Shown here one piece after another: positions 33,308 through 47,864 of a stretch of DNA of 64,000 nt. The notes under the pieces were generated by a model. That model was given only the letters and a program-made list of their open reading frames with translations, was not told the origin of the DNA and ran no database searches. The position numbers were made by a program, and so were the translations under genes. Each line of letters starts with the position of its first letter. The first letter of the stretch is position 1. This DNA is from Octopus vulgaris (lineage: Eukaryota), in assembly GCA_951406725.2 (NCBI GenBank), contig OX597817.1, positions 56,544,001-56,608,000 on the forward strand, in the 5' to 3' direction.

Positions 33308-35279
33308 CGTACATATTAAATGCACAAAGACAATCTGTGCGACAGGCAGTGACCAACGGTAGACGGAGAGCCACCAGGTAGCAAAGGAGAATGGTATGAA
33401 GGGAGGGATGGTGGATGCGACACAGGTGATAGTATGCATATAAAGAGGAGAGAGAGAGAAGGTGAAGAAGGTTCAGCGCGTGGTGGTGTTTAATTCCACT
33501 TATTATTTACCGCCAGGTGACATTGGTGGAATCAGTTTAAATTTATAGAGAAAGACGCTTGAGAGATGCGATGGTGGTGGTGATGGTCGCTATTATTGTG
33601 GTTATTACGTTGAGTCGCAGGTGAGACCTAATTAGTAAGATTAAGGATACTTCGACCGTGTCCACCCTTCTACTCTCATACTACATTATATAATGGTTCC
33701 TTCAGTTTTCTCGAAACTGCATCGTGTGATCTGCGGCGATTTGGCTGCTACTTCTAGCAACCTGAATTGAACGCACCCTCCTCTATGATGTATCGATGAT
33801 GATATTGGTGTCGTTGTTGTTGTCGTTGTTGTTGTTGTTGGTAGTAGTGGTGGTGGTAGTGGCGGTGCTGCAGTTGCTGCTGCTCCCACTACTACTGCTG
33901 CTGCAGAAGCTGCTGTTGCTACTGCTGCTGGAGATGGCAATGATACTTTTATTATTGTCGCTGCACACCCTTCTTTTGTTGTAATTGTTGTCTCTCATAG
34001 AAGTGATGGTGGTGGTTGTGATGGTGGTGGTGGTCGTCGTCGTCATCATCATCGTGGCAGTGGTCGTGGTGGTAGTCGTGGTGCTCGTCGTGTTTTTGGT
34101 GATGGTGGTGTCTCCTGTGGTGTAATGAGACGTCGATTGGTTTGGTCAGCCGAAAATCAATCTTGGCTCAATGGACCTAAACATATGACCAATTCTGTTC
34201 TAGCCGTGACACATTTTTAGACACATTTTAGCAAGGACTACATTTTCAAGCATCAGTCCTTAAGCGTTAAGGAATTTTAGCAACAATGGCTACTATTTCT
34301 AGTAGTTTCAGTAACCACGTTGGTGGTTATATGGTTAGTGGGTGGAGAATGTGATTTTGATGGTATGGCTATTTGGTATTGGTGGAAACGGAGTATTGAT
34401 GGCGGTGTTGTGTCTTATTTTCTAGTTAAAGATGGCAGTTACGAATTGGCAAGTGTGTTAGAGGCGTCAGATAAAATGTTTTGCAATATGCGATCTGGCT
34501 CTCTATTCTCCAAGTTCAAATCCCACCAATGTCATCATAGCATTTAATAATCTCGGGGATCAGTAATCTTTCTCTCTTTCTCTCTCCCTCTCACTCTCTC
34601 CATTTCTCTGGATTTTACCTGAAATTCAAGCATTTAACCTTGTCACATTGTATCATGCACATTTGAGTGTTAATGGTAGACGTGTCTGTGGGGTATTCAA
34701 CCACTTACACGTCCATTTCTCCGAGAATCCAGTTTGGCCGAACAACTGGATATCCATCGTCGATACTGACGGAAGATCTTCCAATTTAATGATGTTGGTG
34801 GTGGTGGTGGTACCAGTCGAAGTGAAATCAATGAGGTCAGGGTGACGGTGGTAATGGTTGCGAGTCGGTGGTTGTGATAGTATCCGTGGTGGTGGTGGTG
34901 GTGGTGTAGGTTGTGTTGATGTGTTGAGAGTTATGGCGACGTTGTGAGTTGCGATGGTGATGTTCGGTGGCATGCTGTTGGCAGTTCGGTGTTGTGAGTT
35001 TGTGATGTTGCTAATCTCAGTTGTGAGGTGTTATTGGCATTTAGTTGATGTTGTGTTGTGATATCTTAGCTGTGGTTTAGTGTTGAAAGAGATGCTGTTG
35101 TTTAAGTTGTAAACCTATTTGCAGTGGGGTGGTGGTTGTGGCGACGTTGCGAATTTTAGTGGGATTTCGGCCGTGTTTGCTGAACTTGTTGCTAATGGTG
35201 AACCCTTTGCAGCTATCGTGTCGATGTCGTGTCGTGTCCATGGCTTAGATGAAGTTAAGGTTCGAAAAGGCCCTAGTAA

Positions 35280-35677
35280 TGGTGGTGGTGGTGCTGCTGC
35301 TGCTGCTGCCACTGCCACTACTGCTGCTGCTGCTTGTAGTAGTAGTAATAGTAGTATAAGTAGTAGTAGTGGTGGCGGTGGGTGGTGGTGGTGGTGGTGG
35401 CGGTGGTGGTGGTGGTGGTGGTGATGGCGGTTGCGGTGATGGTGGTGGTGGTGGTGGTGATGCTGGTGGTGGTAGAAATGTTAGTGAGGATGGTAATGAT
35501 AGTGGTGGTGGTGATGCTGGTAGAAATGTTAGTGGTGGTGGTGGTGGTGGTGGTGGTAGTAATAGCTGTGGTACCAGCATGAGTGTGTAGGTGTAGAGGG
35601 ACTCTGTGGATGTGGTCATGTTTTTGATGACGAGGACAGCAGCAGCAGCAGCGGTGGTGGTGGTGGTAGTAGTAATT

Positions 35678-35732
<55 letters not shown>

Positions 35733-35757
35733 CAGCAGCAACAGCAGCAGCAGTAGC

Positions 35758-35798
<41 letters not shown>

Positions 35799-35834
35799 CA
35801 GCAGCAGCAACAGCAGCAGTAGTAGTAGCAGTAA

Positions 35835-35912
<78 letters not shown>

Positions 35913-36020
35913 CAGTAGTAGTAGTAGTAGCTGCAACAGCATCAGCAACAGTAGCAGCACCAGTTGAGGTGGTGGTACGTTGGGGTTCGGTGGTGACATT
36001 AGTAGTAGTGGTGGTTGTAG
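35280..36020. repeat. Compound trinucleotide array (GGT/GCT/AGT/AGC)
   Basis: Directly visible; the source of the poly-T/V/L/G pseudo-ORFs. Confidence 0.95.
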
Positions 36021-36141
36021 TGGGATTGCTGCTGCCCCTAATGGCGGTGAAGGGAAGGGCCATTGGTTGTTTTGGTTCGGGAAATGATGGGGGAGACGAA
36101 CAGAATGTGTGCGTAAGGGAGAGAGAAAGAAAGAGAGAGAG

Positions 36142-36184
<43 letters not shown>

Positions 36185-36965
36185 GAGACAGAGAGACAGA
36201 GTAAAGGAAGGAAGGAAGGAAGAAAGGTAAAGAGAGAAGGAAGGAGGCAAGGAAGGAATGAAAGAAGGAAATGAAGGAAAAATGAAAGATGAAAAGAAAG
36301 AAAGAAAGAAAGAAGGAAAGAAAGAAAGTAGGGAAGTGATGAAGAAGGAATGAAGGAACGACGGAAAGAAAGAAAGGACGAAAGAAAGAGAGAAGTGACG
36401 AAGAAAGAAAGGTGGATCTGAGAGACAGAGACAAAGAACGTGTGTGTGCGTGCGTGCGCGCGCGCTAAGAAGATGGAGTTGCAGTGCATGCCATGGGTGG
36501 TATGGTTATCGCTGGTTGAAATTCCTTAACCATCCTCTCGAACCACCACCACGCCACCACCACTACCTTCCCTTTCTCACACGCACACTCCTCTCTCTCT
36601 CTCTGTCTGTCTCTCTCTCTCTGTCGTCACACTCCTCTCCCACTATTACAGCTACCACTACTACTGCTACTACGACTACTATTACTACTACCACCACCAC
36701 TACCACCACCACCACCACTACTACAACTATTGCTTCTACTGTTGCCGCTCCTACTGCTGCTTCTGCTACCGCGCGCTCTCTCCTCCTCCTCCACCTCCTC
36801 ACCCCCCTCCACCTCCTCACCCCCTCCTCCCACTGCCACTATGACTAATAACACATGTAACATCGATCACCATTGATCAGAAATATGTAGCGAAGTGTCT
36901 TCACTGATAGGGAAATCTTGCTGGCCGCAAAACAATAAGAGAAAACGCGCGCTTACACACACACG

Positions 36966-37019
<54 letters not shown>

Positions 37020-37097
37020 TATGCACACATACCCACACACACACATATTTTATATACATACACATGCATACATAGCAATATATATATATATATATAT

Positions 37098-37403
37098 GTG
37101 GAGGGGCAATGGCCCAGTGGTTAGGGCAGGGGACTCGCGGTCGGAGGATCGCGGTTTCGATTCCCAGACCGGGCGTTGTGTGGTGTTTATTGAGCGAAAA
37201 CACCTAAAGCTCCACGAGGCTCCGGCAGTGGGTGGTTGAGATCCCTGCTGTACAACTTTCTCTCAATCTTTCTTCTGTTGGCCTGCTCGCTTATTAGCCA
37301 GCGGGGTGGCGTCATTTGAAGGCTAAAACAATGCGAATCGCATTGTGACCAGCGATGTGTTGCAACGTCTGATAGCCTGTTCGGTCACGGTGATCACGGT
37401 GAT
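37098..37403 (+). mobile_element. tRNA-derived SINE family C, tail variant 1 (possibly octopus OR1/OR2-type)
   Basis: A box tggcccagtggtt and B box ggtttcgattccc. The first ~155 bp match the element at 41745; it ends in a repeated tcacggtga. Confidence 0.85.
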
Positions 37404-37465
37404 ATATATATATTTATATTTGATATATATATATATATATATATACTATATATGTATATATAAAT

Positions 37466-37496
<31 letters not shown>

Positions 37497-38102
37497 CTTT
37501 CATACATACACATGCGCTCATAACGACATACATACATTCATACATACGTACATACATGCACACACGCGCACATACTCAGATATATACTTCTAAACTCGTA
37601 CACAGTTACACATACCCACACACACATAAATACGCGTACATAATTGTTGTTGTACTTTCGCATACAGAATACACAGGCGCATGCATACGTACAATCATAC
37701 AAAGACATTCACACATTCACAATATGGTCACACATACACACACTCCCATATACACACGCGCATAGCTGCACTTGCGCGCTGCGGCTGACTGTCTTCGTAT
37801 GGCATATGACATTCCAATAGGTTTGTGCTGTTGAGAAAACGTTGGAGACTCGATATGCTTAGCCGGTCTATTAAAAATAGCAGCTAAATTTCCTTCAAAT
37901 CATACTCTAGTCGCTTAAAAAAAATTAGCATGCTGGATGCAGTAGTTTTGTGTCACATTGTGCCTTAGATAGGAGGGGTGGTCGTGGTTCGACTTTTTTT
38001 ACTTCACCATTCTCCGCCTCCAGCAAAGCTGAATTGGGGCTGGATAACAATAGCATTCATGTATGTATGTGTGCATGTTTGTATATACATAATATAAATA
38101 AT

Positions 38103-38161
<59 letters not shown>

Positions 38162-39284
38162 TATATGAGTATGTGTGTGCATTTATATATATAATAATAT
38201 AAATAATATATGTATTTGCATATATACATACATGCATGTACATACCTACATATATATGTATATACACATGCATATATGGGCACAGGACGTCAAAAGAACG
38301 TGAACAACATGAAAAACGAGAACATGAAAAAACAAAAACATGGAACAGAAAGAACAGGATTGTGAATTTGGCAAGTTTATAAATAATGAAAGAAGTTGTA
38401 GCAAGACACGAAACCGAGCCGACAAATTGTCAAGTTATAATCACGACATATCAAAGCCCTTTTTCATGTGAGCAACAGCCAGACATCACATGATAAATCA
38501 TTCTCAAAGCTTTCAGAATATTCTCACAGAAAGACCTTGTGATAGGCACGTTTTGTGCGTCAATGTGTAGTGTGTGGCAATCTACAGCTCAGTTCCACCC
38601 TTGTTGATTTTTAAAAGCCGTTAAAAGCACGACTCCTACTCAACCTTGGTATGCCGTAATACTTGACCGCTATATGTATCCAACGTCCATATACTCTCCT
38701 GTTTCGGCAGCTTAATTACAGAGCCTTTCCAATCAACTATTTGTAAGAGCTACAAAGGTGATTCGATACGTCAGTTATCTACAATCGCCATCGATTAAAT
38801 TAACTTGACAGACAAGACTGAGGGATAAATGTTTCATTAATTACTTAATTGATTCATTCATAAATTATGCGTACAAACAAATGCATAACGGTGAAATAGC
38901 TCTTCCAGCCATCCGAAACGATCGTCTTCATAACTAAGCTTATATAGCAGCATCTGCATGGTTTATTCTGATTTGCATAACACATTACAATTAATGCACC
39001 GACCGCTTCATCGGTGAATATCCTCCGATTTACAGTTTGTATTGATCGACTTGTCTTCATGATTATGACCTACAGGAATTACTACATTCATCACATCGCA
39101 TGGCGTAGAGATTGACGTATTCACACGGATTACAATCCCTAAATTCTATAACCATATACACACATACATACATAAATACATAGATATATATATTTATATA
39201 TATACACACGTGTATATATATATATATATATGTATATGTATATCTATGTATATATCTATGTATATATATATATATTTATATGTA

Positions 39285-40023
39285 GATATATTAAGAAATG
39301 GAGTTAAACGCAAGTGTTATTCAAATCTTTATACTTCCTAAATATGTTTCCAAGAAAACATTGGTATTATTCAATAAACGCAACAATATTGGGCTTAGTA
39401 AATTAGTTTGTTCTCTCAAGGAACATAGTAAACAATTTGATTTGCAATGGAATATTTTATCTAGATCCTTTCCATATGATAAAGGCAATTCCTTTTGTCC
39501 GCTCTGTAACTAAGAATAGTATTTCACTGTGTTTTCGGAGAATTCTCTTGTAAGCACGTTTAAAGAACGCTTTTATCGTTGCAAACATTGGCAAAAATAT
39601 ACCTTTAGTTCCTATAAGTAATTTCTACCAATCTATAAGATTCAACTTTTATTTGTATTCTTACAATTCATTTCCACTTCATATACCTATTTACACGCCT
39701 TTAAGCTTTATTTCCACTCATCTATAGCACTATATTTCTCCACTCCTCATTTTCTGAATATTGCCTTTGACGTTAAATCTATTTACGGTTTTTTTTTTTT
39801 AAATAACTCACCAGCATTCCTTTCATCATATACGCGGTGATCACATTCAGTTAAAATGGCTTATTGATGTGTTTTAGTTCGCTTTATTCCCTGATGTGAT
39901 GATTACATTGTTTTACATCATTTTATTCCCCCAGGAATAATACCAATGGTTTCTACGATACATATGTAAAAAGTATAAAGATTTGAATAACACCTAGGTT
40001 TAACTCCATTTCTTAATTTATCC
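39285..40023 (+). mobile_element. PLE 3' fragment (end of GIY-YIG and UTR) bounded by ~53-bp inverted repeats
   Basis: GLSKLVCSLKEHSKQFDLQWNILSRSFPYDKGNSFCPLCN*E..RCKHWQKY. 39285-39337 is approximately the reverse complement of 39971-40023. Confidence 0.8.
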
Positions 40024-40202
40024 ATGGAATACCAATACATTTCACTAAACCCTGGGATTTATATCTGTATAAGTAGGCTGCAACATTCTTGGCATTTATG
40101 TGAATTTTTTCTACCTTGGTAACCATTTATTTATTTTTTCCCGTGTTATTTCTTCACATTGAAAAATACACATATATTTTTATATCTATCTATCTATGTA
40201 TA

Positions 40203-40271
<69 letters not shown>

Positions 40272-40469
40272 ATATATATGAATATATATACTTATATATA
40301 AATATATATATATACGCGCGCGCGGGCATTCAGAACTTTACAATAATTCCGAGCTTCCAGAGACAGCTATCGAGTTCAGAAACGGTGCATTTTCTCCTTA
40401 GAATTATTGGCTTTTTATGCTGAGTGCAAATATATTTATCTCTTATTCTCTCCTTTTTACTCTCTTTCA

Positions 40470-40530
<61 letters not shown>

Positions 40531-40555
40531 AAGATATATATATATATACATATAC

Positions 40556-40685
<130 letters not shown>

Positions 40686-41671
40686 GTGACTGGATTTGGT
40701 AGACGGAAACTGAAAGAAGCCTGTTGTATATATATCTGTGTGCGTGTGTGTTTGCGTGTCTGTGTTTGTTCCTCCGCCATCGCTGGACAACCGATGTTTA
40801 CGTCCCCGTAAGCTAGCGGTTCAGCAAAAGAACCCGATAGAATAAGTACTAGGCTTACAAAGAATAAGTCCTGGGAACGATTTGTTCGACGAAAGGCAGT
40901 GCTCCAGTATGGCCGCAGTCAAATTACGAACAAATAAAACGAGACACATAGTATTCACACATGCATATTTATATCTATATGTATAAACGCACACACACTA
41001 CACACCATACACACACACACATATATATACATACATATATATATATACATGCGTATATGTATAATAATATATATACATGTATATATATAAGTGTGTGTGT
41101 GTGTGTGTGTGTGTGTGTTCCAAGTAGTAAAACTCTAAAGAATTATGCGAATCGAAAATGGAAAATATTCCTTTTTGTTGCAGAATAAAAGATGGAAATG
41201 CTCAACTACAAAACACAAAAATGAATGGATTATAAAAATTATTTATCCGAAACTAAACCGGAAATAGTTAACACCATTATAAACAAACAACTTCCGCTTT
41301 CTGCATTAGCCCAGAACGCGTATATTTGAGAAGCGTAAAGACCAAATCGCTTATACACAAAATATACTTTGTCATAAAATGCAATGGTGACAGTTTTGCC
41401 ACAAAGGTTTACAGACTTTCTGCTAAACAGAAGAATTCGTTTTTTTTTTAAATGATATTCTTCTGTTCTTTTACTTGTTTCAGTCATTTGACTGCGGCCA
41501 TGCTGGAGCACCGCCTTTAGTCGAGCAAATCGACCCCAGGACTTATTCTTTGTAAGCCTAGTACTTATTCTATCGTTCTCTTTTGCCGAACCGCTAAGTT
41601 ATGGCGACATAAACACACCAGCATCGGTTGTCAAGCGATGTTGGGGGGACAAACACGAACACACAAACACG

Positions 41672-41735
<64 letters not shown>

Positions 41736-41744
41736 GACGATGTC

Positions 41745-42127
41745 GTGGAGGCGCAATGGCCCAGTGGTTAGGGCAGCGGACTCGCGGTCATAGGATCGCG
41801 GTTTCGATTCCCAGACCGGGCGTTGTGAGTGTTTATTGAGCGAAAACACCTAAAGCTCCATGAGGCTCCGGCAGGGAATGGTGGTGATCCCTGCTGTACT
41901 CTTTCACCACAAATTTCTCTCACTCTTACTTCCTGTTTCTGTTGTACCTGTATTTCAAAGGGCCGGCCTTGTCACTCTCTGTGTCACGCTGAATATCCCC
42001 GAGAACTACGTTAAGGGTACACGTGTCTGTGGAGTGCTCAGCCACTTACACGTTAATTTCACGAGCAGGCTGTTCCGTTGATTCGGATCAACCGGAACCC
42101 TCATCGTCGTAACCGACGGAGTGCTAC
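41745..42127 (+). mobile_element. tRNA-derived SINE family C, tail variant 2
   Basis: Same head as 37098 with a different 3' half. The tail is re-duplicated at ~42157-42315 and a diverged copy lies at ~34655-34780. Confidence 0.88.
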
Positions 42128-43088
42128 CATACCATATATATATACGATGTGCTTCCTGAGAACTACGTTAAGGGTACACGCTGAATCTCGCTGAGAACTA
42201 CGTTAAGGGTAAACGTGTCTGTGGAGTGCTCAACCACTTGCACGGTATTTGCACGTACAAGCTGTTCTGTTGATCGTATCAGCTGGGACCCTCGTCATCG
42301 TAACCGACGGAGTGCACCTATACAGTCATATATGTGCACATACATACATACTGTAACAATATACTTATATTTATCCGTCAGTCTGTCTGTGTGACTTTGG
42401 GCGCGCGTGCATTTGCGTGTGTACGTGTGTGTGTGTGTATCTAGTCTATTTTCCTCTAACTACCAAAACAGCAATTTTGCACTCTCTGTATGTTTCTATC
42501 TATCTATTTATCTACCTACCTTCCCACCTACCTACATATCCCTCTATCTCTTTCTATCTATCGTTTCGCCTGTCTGTAGGTCTGGATTCACAAATACTTC
42601 AACACAAACTATTAATATTATATTCAATTTAAAATATATTGAATGGGTGTAGTCATAGCTTATATCTGTGCGTTCCTTCCTCCACGATCACGTACATGTC
42701 TACGCTGTGTCACGTGCTCTAATTATATGTCCCCATGGCGGTGAAAAAATTAAATCTACAATTTGTATTCTCCAATCTTATGGTTCCATCGGTTCATCAG
42801 AAAGATTGCTTTGTCTTTGTCGACTAACATCCCAACTGAATTCTAAGCGAGGTTGTGACAATGTGGATGTTTTCGTTCGTGTATTTTTTATATCGCAGTT
42901 TTTGAATAGAAATTGAAAAACTTGAGGTGATTTCGTGATGTGACTTCTGGGATTTCTTGGGTGAGAAAATTCATACAATAGAAAAATATATGTACGTCTG
43001 TAGAATGTAATATTTGTGCGTCAGTGCATTTGAGAAATGTGTGTAAATATAAATATACATGTGTCTGTGTGTGCATCTTTCTGTGTGT

Positions 43089-43152
<64 letters not shown>

Positions 43153-43153
43153 C

Positions 43154-43272
43154 TAAACTTACTTGGAAATGGATGTGTGGCGTTCAATCATATAATAATA
43201 TAAATAATATATACATATATTATTTATATTAATATTTGATTGTACGCCACGCATCCATTTCCAATAAATTTA
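43154..43272. repeat. Fold-back inverted repeat of about 120 bp
   Basis: ttggaaatggatgtgtggcgttcaatca...tgattgtacgccacgcatccatttccaa with a self-complementary AT-rich centre. Confidence 0.9.
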
Positions 43273-43861
43273 TTGCAATCTTTTGATGCGACTCTACCCT
43301 ACACTGTTTTCTCCCGCTATCGTTTTCCCTCTCATACTTTCTCTAATGCCTTTTTCTCCCTTTCACCGATGTCGGTCTGTCTCTCTCGCCCTCTTTCTTG
43401 TTTATTCTCTCTCTCATTGCTAGCACGTCACCATCGTCCATCTTTCTTTTCTTCGCTTATTCATCTTTCTTTTTTTTTCAGGGCTGTTCTAAAAACTGGA
43501 CGTATCATGTAACTCTCTTATATTTTTTCTCTCATCAAAAAAAATTATTTCTCCAGCGTTCGTTGTTTTACCCTCATTCTGGTCTAACCACCCTCTATGT
43601 TTGTTTTCGTTCTTTTTCCTTATATATCTCTACTGTCCTGGTTTCGTTCCCAACTTTGACCCTTCATAAATCCCAAATTTTATTTTAGAAGACTCATATT
43701 GTCGTTGAATGCTCGAAATGAGAAGTAGATAGACAGCCGACAACTGATGAAGGGTCGTTCTTCATGTTACTTGTCTCGTTTTCCATTTGTTTCTCTCGTT
43801 GTTTGTTTTCGTAGACCAATGAAGCAAGTAAAAGAAGATAAAAATAAGATATATGTGTGTG

Positions 43862-43901
<40 letters not shown>

Positions 43902-44159
43902 CACACACATATATATGTATATATATGTGTGTGTGTGTGTGTGTGTATGCATGTATGTGTATATATAAATTGATAGATAGATAGATGTAGATATATACAT
44001 ATCCGTCGATATAGGATTTCTTTGTGAGAGTGAATACATTTAAATACACAGAGGCAATGCACCTATACACATATAGATGCACATATGGACGTATACATGT
44101 ACATACATATACACACATATATGGATATAGATATACATACACACACGTCATCTAAATAC

Positions 44160-44213
<54 letters not shown>

Positions 44214-44388
44214 GTACATATGTGTATGTATGTGCGTATGTTTGTATGTATATATGCGTGTGTGTGTGTGTGTGTGGCCATCTTTCTTCACGGCAGACTT
44301 CAAAGTCTTTTATAAATTGATACCTTGCAAAGTTATATATTACCATGTTCTGTTCTCTGTCCTATGTTATGCAAATATCATTATTATT

Positions 44389-44435
<47 letters not shown>

Positions 44436-46384
44436 CGCCGTCGTTGTTGTTGTTGTTGTTGTTGTTGCAGTTGTTTCTTTGTCTTTCCACATCTCAATAT
44501 ATCCTATATTCGACATGATGTATTGAATAATATATTTCTTCTTTTTCTTCTTCGTCTTCTTCTTCTTCTTCTTCTTCTTCTTCTTCTTCTTCTTCTTCTT
44601 TTTTTCTTCTTCTTCTTCTTCTTCCTCATCTTGTTTTTCTTCTCCTTTTTCTTCTTCTTTTTCATCTTCTTGTTCTTCTTCTTTTTGTTCTTCTTCTTCT
44701 TTTTCTTCTTCATCTTCTTCTTTTTCTTCTTCTTCTTCTTCTTCTTCTTCTTCTTCTTCTTCTTCTTCTTCTCTCTTTCTAACCTCGATATTCCTTGAAA
44801 TGAATAAGCTATGTGTGTGAGTACGAGTATGTTTGTGTGTGCCGCTGTGTGTGTGTGTGCGTGTGTGCGTGTGTGTGTGTGGTGATGTGTCTTCATATAT
44901 CTATAACTACGCGTATGTGTGTGTGTGTATGCGCGTGTATGTGTGTATGTGTATTTGTGTGTGTGTGTGTGTGTGGTGATGTCTCTTCATATATCTATAA
45001 CTGCGTGTATGTATGTATGTGTGTTTGTGTGTATGCGTCATTTATTCTTTGTTTTTTATTTCTATTTGTCTTGAACATTACCATATTGTGTTGGAACTGT
45101 CCACAATATGTCTACCATATTTCTAGATTGTGCTCACTGCGCATGACAGACCAACAGCTGATTATGTCTTCGTGCTAGTATAACATAATGGCAGCCGCGT
45201 TCAAGAATTGTATTTTTTTTTCTATTCCTAACCTCTTCGTTTTTCAAAATATTCTTTTACCTTCATTCATTCTCTTCGTCGTTTCTTCATTCTCCAATTC
45301 GCTATTCTTTCATTCTTTTATTCTTCTTCTCCTGTCTGTCATTTAATTTGTTTTCATTCCTTCATACCTGAAAAGAATAAAGGTGACCAGCAAAAGCAGG
45401 TGTAACAATATGCAGTGAGTGAGTGTTTGTTAAACCATTCTCCCGACATTATGGGTTCTTGTAACGGAAAATAACAAGGGGCTAGCTACCCATCCTGTAG
45501 GAATATTCACACCTCTTCCAACATATGAAACGTTTTTAATTTATTTAGGCATAGTTCTGAGGTTCAGAAGTTTGCTTAGCAACCAAATGGTTTCATGTTC
45601 AGTCCCGCTTCGCGGTACCTTGGTCAGGTACCTGCTACTATAGCCCCGGGCTGAGTCAACGCCTTATGTAGGAGATTTAGTTGACGGAAACTGTGTGGAA
45701 GCCTGTTGTACATGTATACCTGCGTGAGTGCGTCTTTTACCATTGTGTTTGCGTTTCTCCGAACACAAACATACCGCTTGGCAACGAGTGTAGGTTTGTT
45801 TACGTCCTCATGGCTAATTGGTTCTGCCAGAGAGGTGATAGAATACATACCAGCTGAGTGGATTGGGCCAACGTGAAATGAAGTGTTTTGCCCAAGAACA
45901 AAACTCATCGCCCGGTCCAAGAATTGAAACCACAATCTTGCGATCATGAATCCAACACTCTAACAACTAAGCCACGGTCCTTCACCGGGCTGGGGTCGTT
46001 GTAATCGACTTACCCGTCCTTGACCCTAGAATTCTAGGCTTTGTGTCCCTAGGCGAAAGGATATTTTACTTAAGTCAGCTGTATGTGCTTTGAGAGAAAT
46101 TTGGCTGATATTTCTAGTAAATCGAGCTACTGCATAGAGGCTCCTCATCTTTGGCATGAAGGTGGTGGGGGAGGCGGCGACGGCGATGGCGGTGGTGGTT
46201 GCGTTAGCAGTGGTGGTGGTGGTAGGTGTGGATGTGTGTTATTTGTGTAGTGGTTTTCTGTGCAGGTGGCGCTTTAAAGGAGAAACAAAATTGTTGTTTG
46301 TATGACTGCGTATACATGTGCTTAGAGTGCTGTGTGTGCGTGAGTGAGCGTTCGCGTGTGTGCTGACTTGAGTGTGTGTGTAGT

Positions 46385-46447
<63 letters not shown>

Positions 46448-47702
46448 TGTGTGTGTACGTGTACGTGTATGTGCGTGTGCGTGAATGTGTGTGTTCGCGT
46501 GTCTGTCTGCAAGTACTTGCGTTGGGTGCAGAAAAAAAAAACAAGGAGAGACGAAGAACGAACAAAGGTGGAAAGGGACAGACATGGGTGAAAAGGTTGA
46601 GGAATGGTAAGAGCAAGAAGATGTATTGGAGAAAGAGGAGGAGGAGGGAGATGGGGAGGGGGAGGAGGGGGAGAGGTGGTAGAAGAGTGTGGCGTGGGTT
46701 GCGGGGTAAGGGAAGGTGAGATCTTAAGGATTGAATTTGGAGAAATTCTTTAAAGAACGCCAGAACAGACAGAATATTTGGTCAAACAAAACCAGATGTC
46801 TGTGTGTCTGATATTATTGAGAAGATGGCATACAATGACGTGATGATGTTCTTCTCGTTGTTGTTGGTGTTGATACTGCCCATGTTGTTTAACCCCAGGT
46901 CTGTCTGCCTTCTTCAGCTTTGACCATCTCTTAGCTTTAGATATGTCCAACACTAACATTATCCAATGCGGTCTTCCTTGCTTAAGGAGATAAGGAGAAA
47001 CACTGGAGATTTGACTGTTGTTTCTTGCACGTGTGGTGTTATACAGTATGGAGGTGAAGTGAAGTGGTATCATAGTGATGCATGCAGTACTGTCGTATAA
47101 AATGGTATGGCATGGTAGAGAAGGATGGAGTGCGATTTTGAATGCTAATGATGTTGGTGGTGGTGGTGGTGGTGGTGGTGGTGGTGGTGGTGGTGGTGGT
47201 GGTGGTGGTGGTGATGGTGGTGGTAGTGGTGGTGGTGGTGGTGGTGTTTTTGGTGCTGCTACTGCTGCCGTTGGTGTAGTCGTCCTTTTTGAGCCCCAGG
47301 TAGATCAGACCTATGACCAAAGTCATTCCAACCATGACTATCATATCTTTTCAGACAGCTTATCTCCGGAAAAGATTATCCAATAAATCACTTTTGAGAG
47401 AGAAAAGTAAATTTCGACAGGGATTTTACTGCTATTTCTAACGGGTCGAGGGGCATCTCTCTGGCCTTACAATAGTTCGATGGTGTTAGTATTGTGTCGG
47501 AGTGGTGAAGAGGGGTTTCCTATTTATCAATTATTCTTTTACTTGTTTCAGTCATTATACTGCGGCCATGCTGGAGCTCAGTCGTGATGGCCTTTAGTCG
47601 AACAACAATTACAGGATACAGGACGTGTTTAAAGTCTGGTACTTGTTACAGCGCTAGCCATTACACATTCTTTATTTTCTCTCCTTGTTTCTTTCTGTGT
47701 TC

Positions 47703-47738
47703 CTTTCTGTGGAAGAGCATAGGCACGAAACGTTAAAG
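47703..47738 (+). ncRNA. Minimal hammerhead motif, same family as 24158
   Basis: CTTT-ctgtgga-a-gagcataggcac-GAAA-CG-TT-AAAG; the flanks are homologous to 24115-24290. Confidence 0.6.
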
Positions 47739-47822
47739 ACTTTTTCACTTCCCGGGCGTTATACAACTGTTTGTTTTGTACACCACTTGTCTTCGTCCTT
47801 TTTTTTCCTGTGAATTCTCCCC

Positions 47823-47864
<42 letters not shown>

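Noticed and set aside
42001-42211. Thrice-repeated ~20-mer resembling CRISPR repeats
   Set aside because: The spacing is irregular and it is explained by SINE tail duplication in a eukaryotic context with no cas genes.
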